Source: Centroscyllium fabricii
Lineage: Eukaryota
Reading direction: 5' to 3'
Length of the DNA: 64,000 bases
Assembly (NCBI GenBank): GCA_051313645.2
Contig: JBNRSN020000026.1
Location: 32,922,001-32,986,000, forward strand
A model generated the notes under the pieces. It saw only the letters and a list, made by a program, of their open reading frames with translations. It made no database searches and was not told the origin of the DNA. Numbering within the stretch: position 1 is the first letter of the stretch; each line of letters opens with the position of its first letter. The position numbers were made by a program, and so were the translations under genes. Shown one piece after another: positions 62,843 through 64,000 of the stretch.

Positions 62843-63760
62843 ACATAAGAACATAAAAAATAGGAGCAGGAGTAGGCCAATCGGCCCCTCGAGCCCGCTC
62901 CGCCATTCAACAAGATCATGGGTGATCTGATCTTAACCTCAAATCTACTTTCACTCTCCATCCCGCCCGAACCCATGCGATCTCCCGGGAGAGGCGAAAA
63001 ACCAGACAAAAACCCAGTGGCCAATTTGGGAGAAAGAAATCAGGGAAAATTCCTCTCTGACCCATCTAGGCGATCGAAACTTGTCCAGGAGATCACATGG
63101 CCGATCTGAACCAAGCCTCACGTCCACTTACCTGCCCGCTCACCATAACCCCCAATTCCCTTTACTTCCAAGAAACTGTCTATCTTGGTTTCAAACTTAT
63201 TCAAAGTAGTAGCTTCCACAGCTCTCTGGGGCAGCAAATTCCACAGACCCACCCTCTGAGTGAAGAAGTTTCTTCTCATCTCAGTTTTGAAAGGGCAGCC
63301 CCTTATTCTCAGATTATGCCCCCTAGTTCTAGTCTCACCCATCAGTGGAAACATCCTCACCGCATCCACCCGATCAAGCCCCTTCACAATCTTATATGTT
63401 TTGATAAGATCGCCTCTCACTCTTCAGAACTCCAATGAGTAGAGGCCCAATCTACTCTTGGCATATGTGACACGTTGAAATGAAATGTACACTTTGCAAA
63501 CTTTGAAGTATGAGAACATAAGAAATAGGAGCAGGAGCAGGCCATTCGGCCCCTCGAGCCTGCTCTGTCATTTAATGAGATCATGGCTGATCCGATTTTA
63601 GCCTCAACTCCACTTTCCTGCCCGCTCCCCATAACCCTCGACTTTCCTGCTGCTCAAACATCTGCCTATCTCAGCCTTGAATACATTCAATGACTCAGCT
63701 TCCACAAATTCCAAAGATTCATGACCCTCGGAGAATTCCTCCTCATCTCCGTCTTAAATG
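62843..63760 (-). mobile_element. Two CR1 3' fragments
   Basis: RGDLIKTYKIVKGLDRVD...; tails at ~62843 and ~63510. Confidence 0.88.
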
Positions 63761-63833
63761 GGTGGACAAATGCAAGAAGTCACACAACACCATATTATAG
63801 TCCAACGGTTTTATTTTAAATCACAAGCTTTCA

Positions 63834-64000
63834 GTGGAAAGCATCTACCTCAAACGCTGCTTACGGAGGTCTATGAACATTATAAAAGACCCCACACACC
63901 CCAGCCACAGTCTGTTCGCCCCTCTGCCCTCCGGGAGACGCTACAGAGCAATTTGCACCCGCACGACTAGATTTCAGAACAGCTTCTTCCCCAGGGCTGT
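63834..64000 (+). mobile_element. Rex1/Babar-type LINE C-terminal fragment, preceded by a Penelope arm (63761-63832)
   Basis: Translates ESIYLKRCLRRSMNIIKDPTHPSHSLFAPLPSGRRYRAICTRTTRFQNSFFPRA. Confidence 0.72.

Overview
Vertebrate genomic DNA, almost certainly a cartilaginous fish (shark/ray), judged from HE1-type V-SINEs, SacSINE1-like Deu-SINEs and CR1/HER1-type LINEs. The window holds most of one STAT5 gene on the minus strand. I read 16 coding exons (62104 down to the stop at 5772), all GT-AG and phase-consistent, 2079 nt or 692 aa plus stop. The N-terminal ~95 codons lie beyond the right edge. The introns are packed with transposons: one complete Gypsy LTR retrotransposon (11444-16089; 301-bp LTRs, CACGC TSD), about 11 Tigger/pogo-like MITEs, several Harbinger-like elements, one hAT MITE, many SINE/LINE pieces, and Penelope-derived palindromes carrying minimal hammerhead-ribozyme motifs. 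Four observations stand out. (1) The Gypsy element has no tRNA PBS but a 14-nt perfect complement to its own LTR, suggesting self-priming, and its RT reads YLDN. (2) Two nested inverted repeats in the last STAT5 intron enclose a candidate intronic poly(A) site. (3) The MITEs carry NRF1/YY1/CCAAT-like motifs around copy-specific minisatellites. (4) Hammerhead motifs lie inside STAT5 introns. Exon, LTR and TSD coordinates were counted base by base; ends of degenerate repeats are approximate.
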